NCBI GenBank assembly: GCA_963750165.1
Contig: CAVVPN010000012.1
Coordinates: forward strand, 1,024,001 to 1,088,000
From: an uncultured Gemmataceae bacterium
GTDB taxonomy: Bacteria > Planctomycetota > Planctomycetia > Gemmatales > Gemmataceae
Length of the DNA stretch: 64,000 bases
Reading direction: 5' to 3'
The notes under the pieces were generated by a model. It did not search any database. It was not told the DNA's origin and saw nothing but the letters and a program-made list of their open reading frames with translations. Position 1 is the stretch's first letter; every line of letters begins with the position of its first letter. Shown piece after piece: positions 10,888 to 20,664 of the stretch. The translations under genes and the position numbers were made by a program.

Positions 10888-11010
10888 GGCAAGATCGATG
10901 ACCCGGACAAGGTGATTCTATCCCCCTGGCCCGATTTCGCTTGTACCTTGGTAGGGGAATGGTTTGAATGAGACAGGTCAACCCTGCACCACAGCACCGA
11001 GGTCGTGCCC

Positions 11011-12210
11011 ATGATCCGTTTTGCCTGTCCTCGCTGCCGCACCTCGTTCGAGGCAGTCGATCAACGAGCCGGCAGCAAGGTGAATTGCCCAAAATGTCAG
11101 CAGCGGATGCAAATCCCGTTACCGCCCCGCGACCGCACCATTCTTGCCCCGTTGATGGAGGGGCCGACCGCGCCTCCGATGACGCCACCCCCAGTGGCGC
11201 TCCCCGCGCCCATCCTGGCAACCGCCGCACCCGCATCGACACCGCAACAGCCCTTTCGTGCCACCTCACCAACTCCAGACCTGGCCAGTCTCTGCCCGCG
11301 CTGCCGGCAACCCGTCCAGGTTCCTCCCGAATGGGTCGGCCGTGTGGTTCGGTGCCCCGCATGCCGGAATAACTTTTTGTTCTCTCCGGGACGGTCATCC
11401 GCGCAAGTGGGGGCTCGTCCGATCCTTCAGCCTCAGAACGCGCCCGGAGTTGGATTGGACCAGGCAGGTCAGCGGCCCTTTCCCAAAACGCTCATCCAGT
11501 GCCTTTCCTGGGTTTGGCGGATTAGTTCCCCCTCCACCCTGGCACTGGTCCTGTTACTGCTCTTCCTTCCCTTTGTGGAAGTGCAGTGTACCGCCCCCGG
11601 CGGCACCTACGGCGGCAGGACGCTTATTACTCAGTCCGGATACCAGGCTGCTTACGGCGGTTACTCTGTTGACCCTTTGATCGAGAGCGCGGGGCGACAA
11701 GCCCAACATCAAATGGAGTGGCAAATCCATCCCGACGACATCCCCCGGTTGCGTGCCCAGCAAGAGCAAAACAAGATGCAAGTAAGCCCGGCTCCCTTGA
11801 TGATCCTGTTCCCCTTGCTGGTCGGCAGCGCCATCGTGGCCGGATTTTGCCTCCCTTTAGGCAACGCCCGGCTCACGATCATGGGTAGTTGTGTGATTGC
11901 GGCCCTGATGGCTTTTGTGGCACAGGTGGCAACCGGCTTTCCTCTGGAAAAGGCAGTAGCTGACTCCGTAACCCGCACCAGCAGCAACCCGGGCGTCAAC
12001 TTCGGAGCCACGACGGTGGCAGCCCTGCTATTCAAAACCTCCTGCACTCCCTGGGCGTGGATATGTCTGACGCTCCTCATCTGCTCGGGGGCTATTCTGG
12101 TGGCTGAAACTATCTTCACGGTTGGATTTCGACAGCGATTGGAACGGCGCTCGGCCGAAGACGAAGACCCGAGAGGGGAAATGTTCTCGGCGGCAATGCG
12201 GGGCGGTTGA
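11011..12210 (+). CDS. Zinc-ribbon membrane protein
   Basis: Two CxxC...CxxC ribbons, a Pro-rich linker and about four hydrophobic helices. Confidence 0.7.
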   Translation: MIRFACPRCRTSFEAVDQRAGSKVNCPKCQQRMQIPLPPRDRTILAPLMEGPTAPPMTPPPVALPAPILATAAPASTPQQPFRATSPTPDLASLCPRCRQPVQVPPEWVGRVVRCPACRNNFLFSPGRSSAQVGARPILQPQNAPGVGLDQAGQRPFPKTLIQCLSWVWRISSPSTLALVLLLLFLPFVEVQCTAPGGTYGGRTLITQSGYQAAYGGYSVDPLIESAGRQAQHQMEWQIHPDDIPRLRAQQEQNKMQVSPAPLMILFPLLVGSAIVAGFCLPLGNARLTIMGSCVIAALMAFVAQVATGFPLEKAVADSVTRTSSNPGVNFGATTVAALLFKTSCTPWAWICLTLLICSGAILVAETIFTVGFRQRLERRSAEDEDPRGEMFSAAMRGG

Positions 12211-12257
12211 ACCGCGGCCGAGCGCCGGCGACGAAGGCCGAAGCCGGCGGGCCGGTC

Positions 12258-13121
12258 CTACCGCCCCTTCCGCCAATCCTCCAGAAAGAACCTGGCATCC
12301 TTCAAGACTTGTTGGGCTTCTGCGGCGGCAGCAGTCCCTGGAAAATCGGCGATGATGGCTTCCAAACGGAGGATGGCAAATTCGATCAGTTTCTCCCCGG
12401 ACTTGTTTCCCAAATTTCGTCGGCCGTCTGCAAGCTGGGCTTTGGCCAGGCCGAGTTTCCTGGCGCCGTTCGTTTCATTGAGTTCGGCCTGAGCCTTTTC
12501 CTTTGCCGCTTGTTGCTTGGCCAATTCCTCGGGAGAGGGCGGAGGCTGTTTCTCTGGCGCGGGCTCGTCCGTTTGTTTCGCTTCTTCGCCCTGAGGGGCG
12601 ATGGCTTTTTTCCCTTCTTTCTCTTCCTTTGGCTGCGGTTCAAGGGCGGTGGAGTTGGGGATTTTTGTCCCCGCATTCGGCTTGATGCCGCCAGAGACGG
12701 CCACCCACCAGGCAAAGGCAACCACACCGAGAATTGCAAGGAGGCCTGCCACTACGGCTCTTCGTGCTTGTGCTGCGGCTTCTCGGGTTCGCTTATCGTT
12801 GCACTCCGGGCACAGGTCAACTTTTTCATAAATGGACTCGGTGGCACCATAGCTCCTGCGGTCGGCCCAGTTGTTACCCCAGGATGACCCGCTAACGCAT
12901 CTGCTGCCAGTCTGTACGATGCGCCGCACCGATCCCGTTTCGGGCACGCGTTTCCCGCAGTCGTAGCAGCGAATCGTATGGACAGGGACACCCGGAGCCA
13001 CGTGGAACCGCTGGGAAGGCGCAATGATTTCCTGATGGCACCGCGGACAGGAAACGATTTCACCAGGGATAGAGTGCTGCAGCGGAGCCGTGCAACGTGG
13101 ACAGGGGAACTCAACGCCCAT
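12258..13121 (-). CDS. Zinc-finger single-pass membrane protein
   Basis: CPRC/CPRC and CYDC/CPEC pairs, one TM helix, charged C-terminus; GGAGGA RBS. Confidence 0.65.
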   Translation of the reverse strand: MGVEFPCPRCTAPLQHSIPGEIVSCPRCHQEIIAPSQRFHVAPGVPVHTIRCYDCGKRVPETGSVRRIVQTGSRCVSGSSWGNNWADRRSYGATESIYEKVDLCPECNDKRTREAAAQARRAVVAGLLAILGVVAFAWWVAVSGGIKPNAGTKIPNSTALEPQPKEEKEGKKAIAPQGEEAKQTDEPAPEKQPPPSPEELAKQQAAKEKAQAELNETNGARKLGLAKAQLADGRRNLGNKSGEKLIEFAILRLEAIIADFPGTAAAAEAQQVLKDARFFLEDWRKGR

Positions 13122-13232
13122 GGGCCAATCCTCCCTTTGCTCCATTGGACGGATCGGCACACAGCGAGTCAATCGAAAATCGGAAAACGGCGCAGGTCCG
13201 TTCGCCGCGTTCGTGAAGAATTCTCCTCCCAG

Positions 13233-14062
13233 TCAAGCGCCGAGCGCGTCCCGCAGCGACTTCAGCTGCCCCGCCAAATCGGCGACCTGGCCAGCCAGGT
13301 CCGACGCCCCAGGCGCCGACAACCGCTCCGCCAGCTGCGTCAGCTGCTGCCGCAACTCCGCGACCTGTCCGCTCAGCTTGCCGACCTCCGCCAGCGCCTC
13401 GGCCAACCGCGTCTCCAGCGCGGCAACGCGATCCTCGCGCGGCGCCTGGGCGCCGCCGCGGGCCGGCTGACCGGCGCACCCTCGTCCACATCCTGACCCG
13501 GGGCGCCGCCGGCGTGCTGGCCGCGCAGCCGCTCCAGTTCCTTCGGCGGGTGGAAGCCGTGCGTCAACATGGTGCCGCGGCGGCCCTCCGGCGACAAGTA
13601 CACGACCAGGTTGCGCTGCGCCAGCGGCTTGAGCCGGGTCCGCAGCGTGTCGAGGTCGTTGATCGGCTCCATGCGGCTGGCGCGGGCGCGCAACTCGCCC
13701 TCAGTCTGCGGACCCCGCAGCAGCAGCTCGCCGAGAATGGCGATTTCCACCTTGTCGATCTGCCATTTCTCATAAACCAGATGCCGCCAGCGTTCGACGC
13801 GGCCGCCGGTGATGCGCATGACCAGTCCGCCCTGCTGGAGCGCTGCCAGGGCCTCCTCCACGTCCAGGTCGTTGAGGGTCAACAGCGGTTCACGGTTGGT
13901 CTTCTGGTTGCTGCCGGTCACCAGGGCGTTGACGCTGAGCGGATACGCTTCCGGCGTGGTCTTGGCCTTCTCGATCAGCACGCCGAGCACGCGGCGCTCA
14001 TTAACGGTCAGCGGCGGCCAGGGGCCACTCGCCGGGGCGGCCGCGGGGGTGGGAGCGGACAT
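13233..14062 (-). CDS. DUF480/YceH-family protein, frameshift near 13455
   Basis: ERRVLGVLIEK..TTPEAYPLSVNAL...NQKTNREP and LLLRGPQT; the coiled-coil tail continues in a shifted frame to a stop at 13233. Confidence 0.85.
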
Positions 14063-14071
14063 GATCGGTCC

Positions 14072-14854
14072 TCACGCGATGGTCTTCGCCAGCTGCCGCA
14101 CCAGGGCGGCCCCGTCGCGCACGGCGCGAAGCGGGTCGGCCAGGGTCGGGTTCAGCTCCAGGGTCACTGCTCCCTGATAATCGCCCAGTTCCAGCATCGT
14201 CAAGAGCGCTTCGAGCATCTCCTGCGTCAATCGGCCCGTCAGCAGCGGCCAGTGCAGATCGTCCACGCTGTCGTTGTCGTCCAGGTGGACGTGCCCCAGC
14301 CGTGCCCCCGCCAGCAGTGCCGCCTGGGCCGGCTCCTCTTCGCTAATCAGGCAGTGGCCCACGTCAAGCAGCAACAGCAGGTTGTCGTGGTTCACGCGCT
14401 CCAGCCAGGCCAGCGCCGCGGCGGACGACGGCAGGGCGCGGCCCGGGATCGGTTCGACGCACAGCGGCATCATCCGGCGGCCAGCGTGGTCCGCGAGCAG
14501 ACACACCGCGTCGCGGTAGCGGGCCAGCCCCTGCGGACTGCCGTCGCGGCCGGCGACAACGTAGCACTGTCGCGCCCCGAGCAACGCCGCGTCCTCGACC
14601 TGCTGCTGCATCGCCTCCAGGGTGTCGCGGCGCGTCACCAGTCCCGGGGCGTCGAGCGCCCAGTCGGGCGGCAGCCCCTTGCCGATGGCGGCGCTCCAGA
14701 CGAGCAGACCGCTGTCGGCCAGAGCGTCGAGCTGGTCCGCGGGCCGGGCGGCCTCGGCGACCACGTCCACGTGACGGAAGCCGAGTTGCCGCGCGTGCTG
14801 CAGGGCGGTCGTGAAGGGCACCGGCAGCGAGGAGAGCAGGACAGACAGGTGCAT
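14072..14854 (-). CDS. Sugar phosphate isomerase/epimerase (xylose-isomerase-like TIM barrel)
   Basis: CVEP, LLDVGH, HVHLDDN..DLH, VTLE. Confidence 0.85.
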   Translation of the reverse strand: MHLSVLLSSLPVPFTTALQHARQLGFRHVDVVAEAARPADQLDALADSGLLVWSAAIGKGLPPDWALDAPGLVTRRDTLEAMQQQVEDAALLGARQCYVVAGRDGSPQGLARYRDAVCLLADHAGRRMMPLCVEPIPGRALPSSAAALAWLERVNHDNLLLLLDVGHCLISEEEPAQAALLAGARLGHVHLDDNDSVDDLHWPLLTGRLTQEMLEALLTMLELGDYQGAVTLELNPTLADPLRAVRDGAALVRQLAKTIA

Positions 14855-14859
14855 GGGAA

Positions 14860-15549
14860 TCACTCGTGAGCGCCGGGCGACGGCAAGGCGAGGGTGTGCG
14901 GCAGATCGACCTCCGAGCCGGCGCGGCGCAGGGCGGCCAGGTGTCCCTGCAGCGCCCACCAGTCGGCCAGCGTATCGACATCATACCACGGCGGCAACAG
15001 CGCCAGCCGGCCGGACACGCCCTCCAGCCGCGCGACCGTCTCGGCCAGGACGCGCGGCCCGCCCCAGCTGATCCCGTCGAAGATGGGCGGTACGCGGCGG
15101 GCGCAGCCGAGCAGGTAATAGCCGCCGTCGGTTGCGGGACCGAGCACCACGTCGGCACCGCCCTCCAGCGCGCGAAACGCCTGCTCAACGAAGGCGACGG
15201 GCAGCGTCGGGCTGTCGGCACCGACCAGCACGACCGCGGCGGCGCCGTCGGCGTAAAGGTCGCGCACCAGCGCTGCCATGCGCTGTCCCAGGTCGCCGTC
15301 GGCCTGCGGCGTCAGCGCGAAGGCGGGGGCGGCCGCGGCGAAGAAGGCGCGGGCCTCGGTGTCGTCCGGGGCGTGGGCGAGGACGCGGCGGGCGTCCACG
15401 GCGGCGAGGCGGCGGCTGAGGTCGCGCAGGAAGGCGTCGGCGACGGCGGCGGCCCAGGCGGGCGTGGTGTCGGCGGCGAGGCGCGTCTTGACGGCCCCGG
15501 GCCGGGGCCATTTCGCCAACAGGGCCAGGGCTCGCGGCGGGTGGCTCAT
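14860..15549 (-). CDS. DUF2064/TIGR04282-family glycosyltransferase-like protein
   Basis: AKWPRPGAVKTRL, QADGDLGQRM, GADSP, GPATDGGYYLLG, YDVDT. Confidence 0.9.
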   Translation of the reverse strand: MSHPPRALALLAKWPRPGAVKTRLAADTTPAWAAAVADAFLRDLSRRLAAVDARRVLAHAPDDTEARAFFAAAAPAFALTPQADGDLGQRMAALVRDLYADGAAAVVLVGADSPTLPVAFVEQAFRALEGGADVVLGPATDGGYYLLGCARRVPPIFDGISWGGPRVLAETVARLEGVSGRLALLPPWYDVDTLADWWALQGHLAALRRAGSEVDLPHTLALPSPGAHE

Positions 15550-15632
15550 GGCGTCATTGTAGCGGCGAACGTGGACATCGCCGCCGGGAGCGGTTACACT
15601 CCCCCTCGTCTGACCAACAGCATGAGGGTAGC

Positions 15633-16595
15633 ATGACCGTTGAACAGCACCTGAATATGTTCGCCGGGCTCAAGGTCGTCAATTACGCGCCGGGCGGCGG
15701 TTTCCTCGAAGGCCAACCTGGCGCAGTCGCCTACCACTTGGGGGGCCTGGAGTATGGCAGGGCCAAACACCCGTTACTGGAAGTTCTGGGCGCCTATCTG
15801 AGTGAGCCGGGCGCCGCGGCCACCACAGCGCTGGTCATCGGTGCCTGGGACTACGACGACATGAACGACTGGGGCGCCGGCAACCGCGACGTGGTGCAGG
15901 CACTCGTGGCCGCCCGCGACCGGTTGCCACAGTTGCGGGCGCTGTTCCTGGGCGACATCATCCGCGAGGAGTGCGAAATCTCCTGGATTCAACAGGGTGA
16001 TGTCAGCCCACTGTTGGCGGCCTATCCCGACCTGGAAGAGTTCCGTATCCGAGGCGTTGGCGTCCTGTCCTTCGGTCAACTGCGGCACGGCCGGCTGCGC
16101 TCCCTGGCTGTCGAGAGCGGCGGACTGCCCGCGAACATCCTGGAGGAAATCTGGGCGGCCGAGCTGCCGCAGCTGGAGCACCTGGAGTTGTGGCTGGGCG
16201 CGGCCGGGTACGGCGGCATTGACAACGTCGCCCCGCTGGAGCCGTTGCTATCCGGTCGCCTCTTTCCCGACCTGCGCTATCTCGGGCTGTGCAACAGCGC
16301 CATCGCCGACGAGGTCGCCAAAGCTGTGGTCGCTTCCCCGTTGCTGGAGCGCATGCGCGTGCTCGACCTGTCGCTGGGCAACCTCACCGACGAGGGCGCC
16401 CGCGCCCTGCTCGCCAGTCCCGCCGTCCACCGCCTGGAAATGCTGGACATCCATCACCATTACGTCTCGATGGAAGTGGTCCTGGAGCTGAACCGGCTGG
16501 GCATCGGGCTGGACGCCACCGACCTGAAGGAGCCGGATACTTACACTCACAACGATGTCACCCACACTGAACGCTACAACGCCCACTCGGAGTGA
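15633..16595 (+). CDS. STM4015-family LRR (RNI-like) protein, paralogue A
   Basis: ALVIGAW, LRALFLGDI..EECEISWI, ESGGLP, LEHLELWLG, LDLSLG; ends RYNAHSE. Confidence 0.8.
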   Translation: MTVEQHLNMFAGLKVVNYAPGGGFLEGQPGAVAYHLGGLEYGRAKHPLLEVLGAYLSEPGAAATTALVIGAWDYDDMNDWGAGNRDVVQALVAARDRLPQLRALFLGDIIREECEISWIQQGDVSPLLAAYPDLEEFRIRGVGVLSFGQLRHGRLRSLAVESGGLPANILEEIWAAELPQLEHLELWLGAAGYGGIDNVAPLEPLLSGRLFPDLRYLGLCNSAIADEVAKAVVASPLLERMRVLDLSLGNLTDEGARALLASPAVHRLEMLDIHHHYVSMEVVLELNRLGIGLDATDLKEPDTYTHNDVTHTERYNAHSE

Positions 16596-16613
16596 AGCGC
16601 CGGGGCCGACTGC

Positions 16614-17423
16614 ATGATCGACACCAACGCCGTGATCGGCACCCATGACGTGCTGCTGCTGACGCTGGACACGCTCCGCTACGACGTGGCCCAGGACTGT
16701 CTGCGCCACGGCCGCACACCGCACCTGGCCGCGCTGCTGCCGGGCGGCGCCTGGGAGGAGCGACACTCACCGGGCAACTTCACCTTCGCCGCCCACGCCG
16801 CGTTCTTCGCCGGCTTCCTGCCGACACCCGCCCGCCCCGGCCGTCACCCGCGCCTGTTCGCCGTCCGTTTCGATGGTAGCGAAACCACCACCGCCCACAC
16901 CTGCGTCTTCGACGCGCCCGACATCGTGACGGGCCTGGCTGGGCGCGGCTACCATACGGTCTGTGTCGGCGGTGTCGGCTTCTTCAACCTGCGTGGGCCG
17001 CTTGGCTCGGTGCTGCCGGGACTGTTCGCCGAGCGCGTCTGGCGGCCGGAGTTTGGCGTCACCGACCCGGACTCCACCGCCCATCAGGTCGCCTGGATTT
17101 GCGGTCGATTGCGTGAGCTGCCCGCCGAGCGTCGCCTGTTCCTGTTCCTGAACGTCTCCGCCCTGCATCAACCGAATGCGTGCTACCTGCCCGGCGCCAT
17201 CGCGGACTCGCCCGCCACACAGGCCGCGGCCCTGGCCTACGTGGACCGCGCGCTGCCGCCGCTGTTCGACGCGCTGCGCCGCCGCAGTCCGCTGCTGACG
17301 GTGGTCTGCTCCGACCACGGCACCGCCTATGGCGAGGGCGGCTACCACGGCCACCGCCTGGCCCACTCCGTTGTCTGGACCGTTCCCTACGCCGAGTTCC
17401 TTCTGTCCCAGGTGCCGTCATGA
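16614..17423 (+). CDS. STM4013/SEN3800-family hydrolase (alkaline phosphatase/sulfatase superfamily)
   Basis: LDTLRYD, HSPGNFT, LHQP, SDHG and GHRLAH metal-site motifs. Confidence 0.85.
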   Translation: MIDTNAVIGTHDVLLLTLDTLRYDVAQDCLRHGRTPHLAALLPGGAWEERHSPGNFTFAAHAAFFAGFLPTPARPGRHPRLFAVRFDGSETTTAHTCVFDAPDIVTGLAGRGYHTVCVGGVGFFNLRGPLGSVLPGLFAERVWRPEFGVTDPDSTAHQVAWICGRLRELPAERRLFLFLNVSALHQPNACYLPGAIADSPATQAAALAYVDRALPPLFDALRRRSPLLTVVCSDHGTAYGEGGYHGHRLAHSVVWTVPYAEFLLSQVPS

Positions 17424-18739
17424 CCGCGACCGCCGCGCACCCGCTGACCACTGGCTCCCCCTACCAGGGCTATGTCTACGGCTACCCCCACAAGACCGCT
17501 TACCGCCCGCTGTCTGAGCCGGTGCCGCTGCGCGACCTGTGGGCCGCCGAGTCGCGCTCCGCCCTGCTGCTGTACCTGCATGTGCCGTTCTGCGAAATGC
17601 GCTGCGGCTTCTGCAACCTGTTCACCCAGGCCCGGCCGCGGGAACGGGTGGTGTCCGACTACCTCGACGCGCTGGCGCGGCAGGTGGGACAGGTCCGGGA
17701 CGCCCTGGGCGAAACCTCATTTGCCCGGCTGGCTGTCGGCGGCGGTACGCCCACCGCCCTGGACCTCAGCGGCCTGAAACGACTGTTCGACCTGGCCGAG
17801 TCACTGCTCGGCGGCCCCGTGACCATGCCCGCCTCGGTCGAGACTTCTCCCGAGACGGTGGCGCCCGAGAAACTGTCGCTGCTGCGCGACCGTGGTGTCC
17901 GCCGGGTCAGCATCGGCGTGCAGAGCTTTGTCGAAACCGAGACATCCGTGGTCGGTCGGCCGCAGCGTCCCGACACGGTCAGGGCCGCCCTGGACCGCAT
18001 TCGCACTGTTGGTTTCCCGGTCCTGAACATCGACCTCATCTACGGCCTGCCGGGACAGACGGTGACAACGTGGCTGGACTCGGTGCGCGCCGCCCTGAAG
18101 TATCGGCCGGAGGAACTGTATCTGTACCCGCTCTACGTCCGGCCCGGGACGGGGCTGGGCAGTTCGCGGCGCACCTGGGACGACCTGCGTTTGGCGTGCT
18201 ACCGTGCCGGGACGGAATTGTTGCGCGGCGCCGGTTATCGCCAGGTGTCGATGCGGATGTTCCAGGCAGCGCACGCCCCACACGACGGCCCAGCCTACTG
18301 CTGTCAGGGCGACGGCATGGTCGGTCTGGGCTGCGGCGCCCGCTCGTACACCACCGGCCTGCACTACGCCGACGAGTACGCCGTCCGTCCCGAAGGTGTC
18401 CGGGCCATCCTCGGCGACTATGTCTCCCGGTCGGCGGCGGCGTTCACGGTTGCGACGCACGGCTTCCGCCTGGACACTGACGAGCAGCGCCGCCGCTTTG
18501 TGCTGCTATCCCTGCTCCAGTGCGACGGCCTCGACCTGGACGCCTACCGGCGACGGTTCGGCGGAGACGCCCTGTCCGACCTGCCAGCACTCGGAGATCT
18601 GGAGACACTCGGACTGGCCCAACACCAGGGGACTCGGCTGCGACTCACGAACGCGGGCCTGGAACGCTCGGACGCCATTGGTCCCTGGCTGTACTCGGAC
18701 ACGGTGCGAACGCGGATGGAGGAATACGTGTGGCGCTGA
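17420..18739 (+). CDS. STM4012-family HemN-like radical SAM protein
   Basis: YPHKTAY, LYLHVPFCEMRCGFC, GGGTPT, RVSIGVQSF, NIDLIYGLPGQ; ATGA overlap with the upstream gene. Confidence 0.85.
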   Translation: MTATAAHPLTTGSPYQGYVYGYPHKTAYRPLSEPVPLRDLWAAESRSALLLYLHVPFCEMRCGFCNLFTQARPRERVVSDYLDALARQVGQVRDALGETSFARLAVGGGTPTALDLSGLKRLFDLAESLLGGPVTMPASVETSPETVAPEKLSLLRDRGVRRVSIGVQSFVETETSVVGRPQRPDTVRAALDRIRTVGFPVLNIDLIYGLPGQTVTTWLDSVRAALKYRPEELYLYPLYVRPGTGLGSSRRTWDDLRLACYRAGTELLRGAGYRQVSMRMFQAAHAPHDGPAYCCQGDGMVGLGCGARSYTTGLHYADEYAVRPEGVRAILGDYVSRSAAAFTVATHGFRLDTDEQRRRFVLLSLLQCDGLDLDAYRRRFGGDALSDLPALGDLETLGLAQHQGTRLRLTNAGLERSDAIGPWLYSDTVRTRMEEYVWR

Positions 18740-19623
18740 ACCTGTCGATCCTGTACCGCGGGCCGCTGTCGAGCTGCAACTACGACTGCGGCTACTGTCC
18801 CTTCGCCAAGCGTCGGGAGACGGCCACGGAGTTGTCCCGGGACCGCGCCGCCCTCGTGCGGTTCGTGGACTGGGTCGCGGCGCGCCCGGCAGACGACCGG
18901 CTCGGCATTCTCTTTACACCGTGGGGCGAGGCCCTGACGCGGCACTGGTATCGGGACGCCCTGACACGGCTGAGCCATTTGCCACAGGTGGTGCGCGTGG
19001 TGGCACAGACGAACCTGGCGTGCGGCCTGGGCTGGGTGGCGGCGTGCGACCGGGAGCGGCTGGCGCTGTGGGCCACGTACCATCCCGGACAGGTGGCACG
19101 GCCGCGATTCCTGGCGAAGTGCCTGCGGTTGCATGGCCTGGGAGTGCGCTTCAGTGTCGGCGTCGTCGGCCTGCGCGAGCACTTCGCCGACATCGACGCG
19201 CTGCGTCGCGAGCTGCCCGGGGGCGTGTACCTGTGGGTCAACGCTTACAAGGACCGTCCCGACTACTATGCCGTCGGCGAGGCCGAGTGGCTGGCCGACA
19301 TCGATCCGCTGTTCCCGGTCAACAATGTCCGCCACCCGAGTCGGGGTCGGCCGTGTCGGGCGGGACACTCGGCCGTCTCGGTGGACGGCGACGGCACCGT
19401 GCGCCGCTGTCACTTCATCCGGGAACCACTGGGCAACCTCTACGAGCCGGAGTTCGAGCGGGTGTTGACCGAGCGACTGTGTACGAACGCGACGTGTGGC
19501 TGTCACATCGGCTATGTCCACCTGGACGCTTTGGGACTGTACTCGGTGTTCGGCGCCGGTGTGCTGGAGCGCATCCCGGCGCGGCCGCTGTGGCGCTCGC
19601 CCCTGCCGGTGACGGCGGGGTGA
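18730..19623 (+). CDS. STM4011-family radical SAM protein with Cys-rich (SPASM/twitch-like) C-terminus
   Basis: YRGPLSSCNYDCGYCPFAK, FTPWGEAL, CRAG...DGTVRRCHF...LGNLY...CTNATCGCH; GGAGGA RBS, overlaps the upstream stop. Confidence 0.85.
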   Translation: MALNLSILYRGPLSSCNYDCGYCPFAKRRETATELSRDRAALVRFVDWVAARPADDRLGILFTPWGEALTRHWYRDALTRLSHLPQVVRVVAQTNLACGLGWVAACDRERLALWATYHPGQVARPRFLAKCLRLHGLGVRFSVGVVGLREHFADIDALRRELPGGVYLWVNAYKDRPDYYAVGEAEWLADIDPLFPVNNVRHPSRGRPCRAGHSAVSVDGDGTVRRCHFIREPLGNLYEPEFERVLTERLCTNATCGCHIGYVHLDALGLYSVFGAGVLERIPARPLWRSPLPVTAG

Positions 19624-19662
19624 TGCCCGGGGACGAATCCGCAACCATTCGGAGGAGGACAC

Positions 19663-20640
19663 ATGACCATCGGATACCACCTGGACGACTTCGACGACCG
19701 GCCGGTGCGCTGGTTCGACCCCAAGGCGAAGCGCAAGGGCGGCAAACCCTGCGTCTATCGCGTCGGCGGCATGGATTTTATCAAGTCGCAGTACGGCGAC
19801 GGTGAGTACGAGTTCCCCGAGCTGCTCGACCTGTTCCTGGCGGCGCACGGTGGCCCGGATCTGACGGCCCTGGTCATCGGCGCCTGGAACTATGGCGACA
19901 TGTGCGACGGCCTGAACGGTCGCGGGGCGGCGGACATGGTCGAGGCGCTGGTGGCCAACCGTAAACGCATGCCGAACCTGCGTGCCCTGTTCCTGGGGGA
20001 CATCACCTACGAGGAGTGTGAGATCTCCTGGATCAGCTACGGTGATATTTCGGCGCTACTGCCGGCCTTCCCAAAGCTGGAGGAGTTCCACATCCGGGGC
20101 GCGTCCAACCTGACCTTCGGCACCATCAAACACGGCAAGCTACGCACCTTCGTCATCGAGAGCGGCGGCCTGCCCGAACCGCTGCTGCGCGAGGTGTGGG
20201 CGGCCAAAGTACCGAAGCTGGAGCACCTGGAACTGTGGCTCGGCTCGCCGGACTACGGCGGCATCGACACGGTCGAGCCGCTGGCGCCGCTGCTGTCGGG
20301 CAAGCTGTTCAAGAAGCTGAAGTACCTCGGCCTGGTCAACTCCATGATCACCGACGCCGTGGCGAAGGCCCTGGTCGCATCCCCACTGATCGCGCGGCTG
20401 GAATCCCTCGACCTGTCCAACGGCACCCTGAGCGACGCGGGCGCCGAGGCCCTGCTCGGCTGCCCGGCCGTACACAAGTTGAAAATGCTCGACCTGTGCC
20501 ATCACTACCTGTCCGAGCCGTTCGTCGAGGAACTGCGGAAGTTGCCTGGCGAGGTGGACGTGGACGACCCCTGCGAAACCGAGTTCGAGACTTACGAGGG
20601 TCGCACCGAGGTCCTGCGCTACAACGTCGTCTCGGAGTGA
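19663..20640 (+). CDS. STM4015-family LRR protein, paralogue B
   Basis: Same motifs as paralogue A; ends RYNVVSE; RBS GGAGGACACATG. Confidence 0.8.
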   Translation: MTIGYHLDDFDDRPVRWFDPKAKRKGGKPCVYRVGGMDFIKSQYGDGEYEFPELLDLFLAAHGGPDLTALVIGAWNYGDMCDGLNGRGAADMVEALVANRKRMPNLRALFLGDITYEECEISWISYGDISALLPAFPKLEEFHIRGASNLTFGTIKHGKLRTFVIESGGLPEPLLREVWAAKVPKLEHLELWLGSPDYGGIDTVEPLAPLLSGKLFKKLKYLGLVNSMITDAVAKALVASPLIARLESLDLSNGTLSDAGAEALLGCPAVHKLKMLDLCHHYLSEPFVEELRKLPGEVDVDDPCETEFETYEGRTEVLRYNVVSE

Positions 20641-20664
20641 CCTCACCACCATCCAGGAGGACAC

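Noticed and set aside
14860..15549. DUF2064 glycosyltransferase as part of the rSAM cluster or an arsenosugar pathway
   Set aside because: Divergently transcribed with DUF480 and an isomerase; no ArsM/ArsS-like partners; adjacency alone is weak evidence.
17420..18739. Calling this gene hemN (heme biosynthesis)
   Set aside because: HemN-like fold, but the YPHKTAY N-terminus and operon context point to the STM4012 family; no heme genes nearby.
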